IMG/VR virus record: IMGVR_UViG_3300008222_000005
Strand: one strand, 5' to 3'
From: a virus
Length of the DNA stretch: 7,068 nucleotides
Shown here: in pieces, positions 4,824 to 7,068 of the stretch
Layout: each line of letters opens with the position of its first letter
Numbering within the stretch: position 1 is the stretch's first letter
Notes under the pieces: model-generated
What the model was told of the DNA's origin: nothing
Databases searched by the model: none
What the model saw: only the letters and a program-made list of their open reading frames with translations
Translations under genes and position numbers: made by a program

Positions 4824-6491
4824 TTAATTATTCAAATCTACATCGTAAGGGACAAGGGGCCGCTGCTTCAAAGATATTCTATTGTCTAAGAATAGCCCTT
4901 TAAAAAATCCCTTTCGGTGCTTCGAATTTGCAATTGAATAAACATCATCAACAATAGATTCTAAATAATCTGTGTTGTGGTCTAGTTCTAAAGGTAATTG
5001 AGATTTTATAACCTCAACTTTTACCCGCTCATTAATAACATCTTCTTCAAATTCATCATGAGATTTACCACGAGCATTAAAACCAAACTCAAAAACTTCA
5101 AAATCATCAGCAAATTTATCCAAACCAAAAAGGTATTGCGCAACTGCAGAAGAACCACCAGATTCAGCTAAATCTAGCACTAAATTTCTATGTTTAAGTT
5201 TTAATATTTGCTTCCACTCAGTCGGTAATATGTGACAAAGTAAGTCCGCTTTATCTTCTTCTTGAGCAATTATTTCCTCATCAGTAGCTTGAGCACCTAA
5301 ACCAAAATGAGCACGTAAACCTTTTGACCACCTCAGCATATTTTTCCCCTTGATAGCACGAGCATAAAACAAAAATAAAAATTTAGCCTCTTTACGTTGT
5401 TCCGCTGTTAAATCCGAATCAACAGAATCAGAAAGTAAAGCCCATGGCGTTTTAGAACCTTTTTTACCTAGCTTTGTCATACCCTTGGTCGCTTCATCCA
5501 TCATATCCCAAGTAATTTTTTTACCTGATTTAGTCTCTAATATTTGTTCATCACCGCCAAATTTAGAAATATATTCACCCGCTTTATCACCGTTTTGTAT
5601 ATCAAGACCATTCATATTAGGCATACCCAAACCAGCGCTAACAGATACAGACTTCCAACGATTTAAAATATGAATCCATGCATCAGATTGTTCATTTGAA
5701 ATATAACCTTTCTCACTTCTTTCGGTAGAGGGTAATTTTTTATCTGAAACGACAATTAAATGAAAATGCGGATGCCAACCATTAGCGCCATGCAAGACCT
5801 CAAATGATCTTACGTTACCAATGATCCCATATTTATTTTTAAATCGAGTTGCCCAAGCACCAGACCAAAACTTAGAAAGTGCATCAGATATTTTAGGTAA
5901 TAAATCTTCTATTTTATCAGCTGCTGTATGCGGAGTTGTTAACGTCAAAAGTGATAAGTTATTATTCATCGCCTCAGCTTGATTGGCCATCATGCGCAAC
6001 TCATTAGATTTACGCTCATTAATTTTTGCCGCACAAATTGGGCAAGTTGCAGCACTAGCGCAAGAACTAAGCCCAGAATAAAAAGACTTTTTATTAGTTG
6101 AAGATTTAACGATTGAGATAGTCGAAGAAACATTAATTCGAGTACATGAACAAGTGCGATGATAAACAGGGTAGCCGCCTTTGTTTATTGGCGTGTTATC
6201 ACCATGAAACAAATATAAAGCATCTCTTGCAGCATCTTGGAGTTTAAAGCGAATTTTACGAGCTTCCTTGGTGGCTTCAATAGGCGAAAGCTTACCAAGA
6301 ACAACATATTCACCAGTAGATTCATCTAAAAATCCAGCTGATTTTTTAGGGGGGGTAGGTAACTTTGCATATATACCGAGGGGCGCTCGATTTTCCAGTT
6401 CCACCCCCGACGAAACGAGGCCCCCGACTGGAAAATGAGCGCCCTCCGGTAAAGGTGTTGTAAAACCGTCAAATTGTTTGCTATTATTCAT
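4824..6491 (-). CDS. Rolling-circle replication initiator, HUH superfamily, pC194/pUB110 (Rep_1)-like motif set, 555 aa
   Basis: Motif 1 LLTLTTP (5931-5951). Motif 2 HPHFHLIVV (5748-5774, the HUH motif). Motif 3 GEYISKF with candidate catalytic Tyr307 (5559-5579). A Cys cluster (CSC ... C-x5-C-x2-C) lies upstream of motif 1. An extra ~200-aa C-terminal region follows the core. Confidence 0.85.
   Translation of the reverse strand: MNNSKQFDGFTTPLPEGAHFPVGGLVSSGVELENRAPLGIYAKLPTPPKKSAGFLDESTGEYVVLGKLSPIEATKEARKIRFKLQDAARDALYLFHGDNTPINKGGYPVYHRTCSCTRINVSSTISIVKSSTNKKSFYSGLSSCASAATCPICAAKINERKSNELRMMANQAEAMNNNLSLLTLTTPHTAADKIEDLLPKISDALSKFWSGAWATRFKNKYGIIGNVRSFEVLHGANGWHPHFHLIVVSDKKLPSTERSEKGYISNEQSDAWIHILNRWKSVSVSAGLGMPNMNGLDIQNGDKAGEYISKFGGDEQILETKSGKKITWDMMDEATKGMTKLGKKGSKTPWALLSDSVDSDLTAEQRKEAKFLFLFYARAIKGKNMLRWSKGLRAHFGLGAQATDEEIIAQEEDKADLLCHILPTEWKQILKLKHRNLVLDLAESGGSSAVAQYLFGLDKFADDFEVFEFGFNARGKSHDEFEEDVINERVKVEVIKSQLPLELDHNTDYLESIVDDVYSIANSKHRKGFFKGLFLDNRISLKQRPLVPYDVDLNN
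6376..6449. other. 74-nt GC-rich imperfect hairpin/cruciform inside rep codons 15-39
   Basis: 6390-6399 pairs with 6427-6436 (10 bp), G6389 bulges, and 6381-6388 pairs with 6437-6444 (8 bp). After a small internal loop, 6376-6378 pairs with 6447-6449. The 27-nt loop (6400-6426) carries two CGGGGG repeats on the minus strand. Confidence 0.8.
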
Positions 6492-6540
6492 AATGAATTA
6501 TCCTAGAAGCCTGCGAAGCTGTGGTTAATTTAGATTTTTA

Positions 6541-6575
6541 AGCACTATCTGACGCCAATCGGATGGTGCTTTTTC
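6541..6575 (+). other. 12-bp stem hairpin followed by T5; looks like an intrinsic terminator on the plus strand, or an origin/packaging hairpin, in the non-coding region upstream of rep
   Basis: AGCACTATCTGA (6541-6552) pairs with TCGGATGGTGCT (6559-6570) using two G-T wobbles. The loop is CGCCAA, followed by TTTTT (6571-6575). On the minus strand the wobbles become C-A mismatches. Confidence 0.45.
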
Positions 6576-6602
6576 GTTTTAGTCGCTTAATACTACTTAG
6601 TT

Positions 6603-6608
6603 ATTATA
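6603..6608 (-). promoter_or_regulatory. Candidate -10 hexamer (TATAAT on the minus strand) upstream of rep
   Basis: Perfect TATAAT ~110 nt upstream of the rep ATG. There is no convincing -35 (GCACAG at 17-nt spacing). Confidence 0.3.
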
Positions 6609-6743
6609 CATTTCGCAAAAATAATCTGTGCCTTTCAAAGCATTCCCTCATAATCTCAGCAAAAAACAGGTTTAGCAGGAAAAGGGGGACGGCTACGCCT
6701 ATGCAACAGATAAAAATTGCCACATGTAACACGTAATCATCAA

Positions 6744-6938
6744 CTATTTACCAACATGACAACTTAATTTAGATAAAGAATTAAAATATTTATCATGGTC
6801 AGGTAAACACTTATGAACAGAAATCATCATTTCCATATGGCCATAACGAGAAGTTAATATTAAAAACTCCTCTAAAGACATACGCTCATTAAGAACACCA
6901 ATTGCAGCCCTAGTATTAATAAATTCTACTGAGTTCAT
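6744..6938 (-). CDS. 64-aa protein of unknown function (MNSVEFINTRAAIGVLNERMSLEEFLILTSRYGHMEMMISVHKCLPDHDKYFNSLSKLSCHVGK), downstream partner of the 71-aa RHH gene
   Basis: Internal Met of the 100-aa track ORF. In the circular map it starts 37 nt downstream of the RHH stop on the same strand. The upstream 36 codons of the track ORF overlap the RHH gene out of frame and translate iterons (CYQ repeats). The His/Cys-rich C-terminal half could bind a metal. No family recognised. Confidence 0.5.
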   Translation of the reverse strand: MNSVEFINTRAAIGVLNERMSLEEFLILTSRYGHMEMMISVHKCLPDHDKYFNSLSKLSCHVGK

Positions 6939-6945
6939 AGAAAAA

Positions 6946-7068
6946 CCTTTTTTTAAAAGTTGATAGCAAAAGCGTTTACCTGGTAAGTAAATCTGATAGC
7001 AAATTCTCTGCTGAAGTCTTCCGTTCGTGGGCATCAGTGATAGCATTTAGCTTTTTATCCGATTCAAC
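6946..7068. repeat. Right copy of the 123-bp direct terminal repeat
   Basis: Identical to 1-123. The repeat runs to the window end, so its true extent is unknown. Confidence 0.95.

Larger units (their letters stand above)
1..6945 (-). mobile_element. One complete unit of a small filamentous phage (inovirus-like) genome or prophage; period 6,945 bp
   Basis: Exact repeat of 1-123 at 6946-7068 gives the period. Gene order is Rep, ssDNA-binding-like, small membrane protein, major coat, pIII-like, pVI-like, Zot/pI, tightly packed on one strand with 1-5 nt gaps or overlaps. Size and order are typical of CTXphi/Ff-type inoviruses. Confidence 0.85.

Noticed and set aside
5485-5673. 62-aa plus-strand ORF
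   Set aside because: It lies antisense inside rep, across HUH motif 3, with no independent signals.
6596-6630. dif-like XerCD site (minus strand TTTGCGAAATGTATAATAACTAAG resembles GGTGCGCATAA-TGTATA-TTATGTTAAAT)
   Set aside because: Only TGCG and the TGTATA centre match. The XerC-arm spacing is 2 nt short and the XerD arm does not match. This is insufficient to call an attP.
6939-7046. N-terminal 36 codons of the 100-aa track ORF (MLSLMPTNGRLQQRICYQIYLPGKRFCYQLL...)
   Set aside because: It overlaps the 3' end of the RHH gene (second copy) out of frame. The repeated CYQ is simply TGCTATCA iterons being translated. The internal Met at 6938 is the more plausible start.

Overview
The window is essentially one complete, compact filamentous-phage (inovirus-like) genome. 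Positions 1-123 recur exactly at 6946-7068, so the unit length is 6,945 bp. That means either a circular genome opened at an arbitrary point, or the junction of a tandem prophage/RF array. Almost all genes are on the minus strand, in the usual inovirus order. Read along the minus strand they are:
- an HUH rolling-circle Rep with pC194/pUB110-type motifs (6491->4824)
- one convergent plus-strand ribbon-helix-helix (RHH)-like gene (4595-4801)
- an ssDNA-binding-position protein
- a 79-aa membrane protein
- a pVIII-like major coat protein
- a 29-aa hydrophobic ORF that is absent from the ORF track
- an intrinsic terminator
- a pIII-like adsorption protein with three perfect tandem-repeat linkers
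- a pVI-like protein
- a Zot/pI assembly ATPase
- a 259-bp non-coding region
- an RHH protein plus a 64-aa unknown protein, then a 252-bp non-coding region leading back to rep

I could not recognise a secretin, integrase or toxin cargo. The features that the gene map does not explain are:
- a dense array of the 8-mer TGATAGCA, which contains the TTGATA part of the pC194/phiX174 nick core CTTGATA. One copy is inverted and sits in a hairpin loop on the gene-sense strand.
- a 74-nt GC-rich imperfect hairpin inside rep codons 15-39
- 11-bp tandem repeats in the divergent control region between the plus-strand RHH gene and the structural operon
- an RHH + 64-aa accessory pair at the position where CTXphi carries its cargo

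All functional calls come from motifs and architecture read by eye. No database search was possible.
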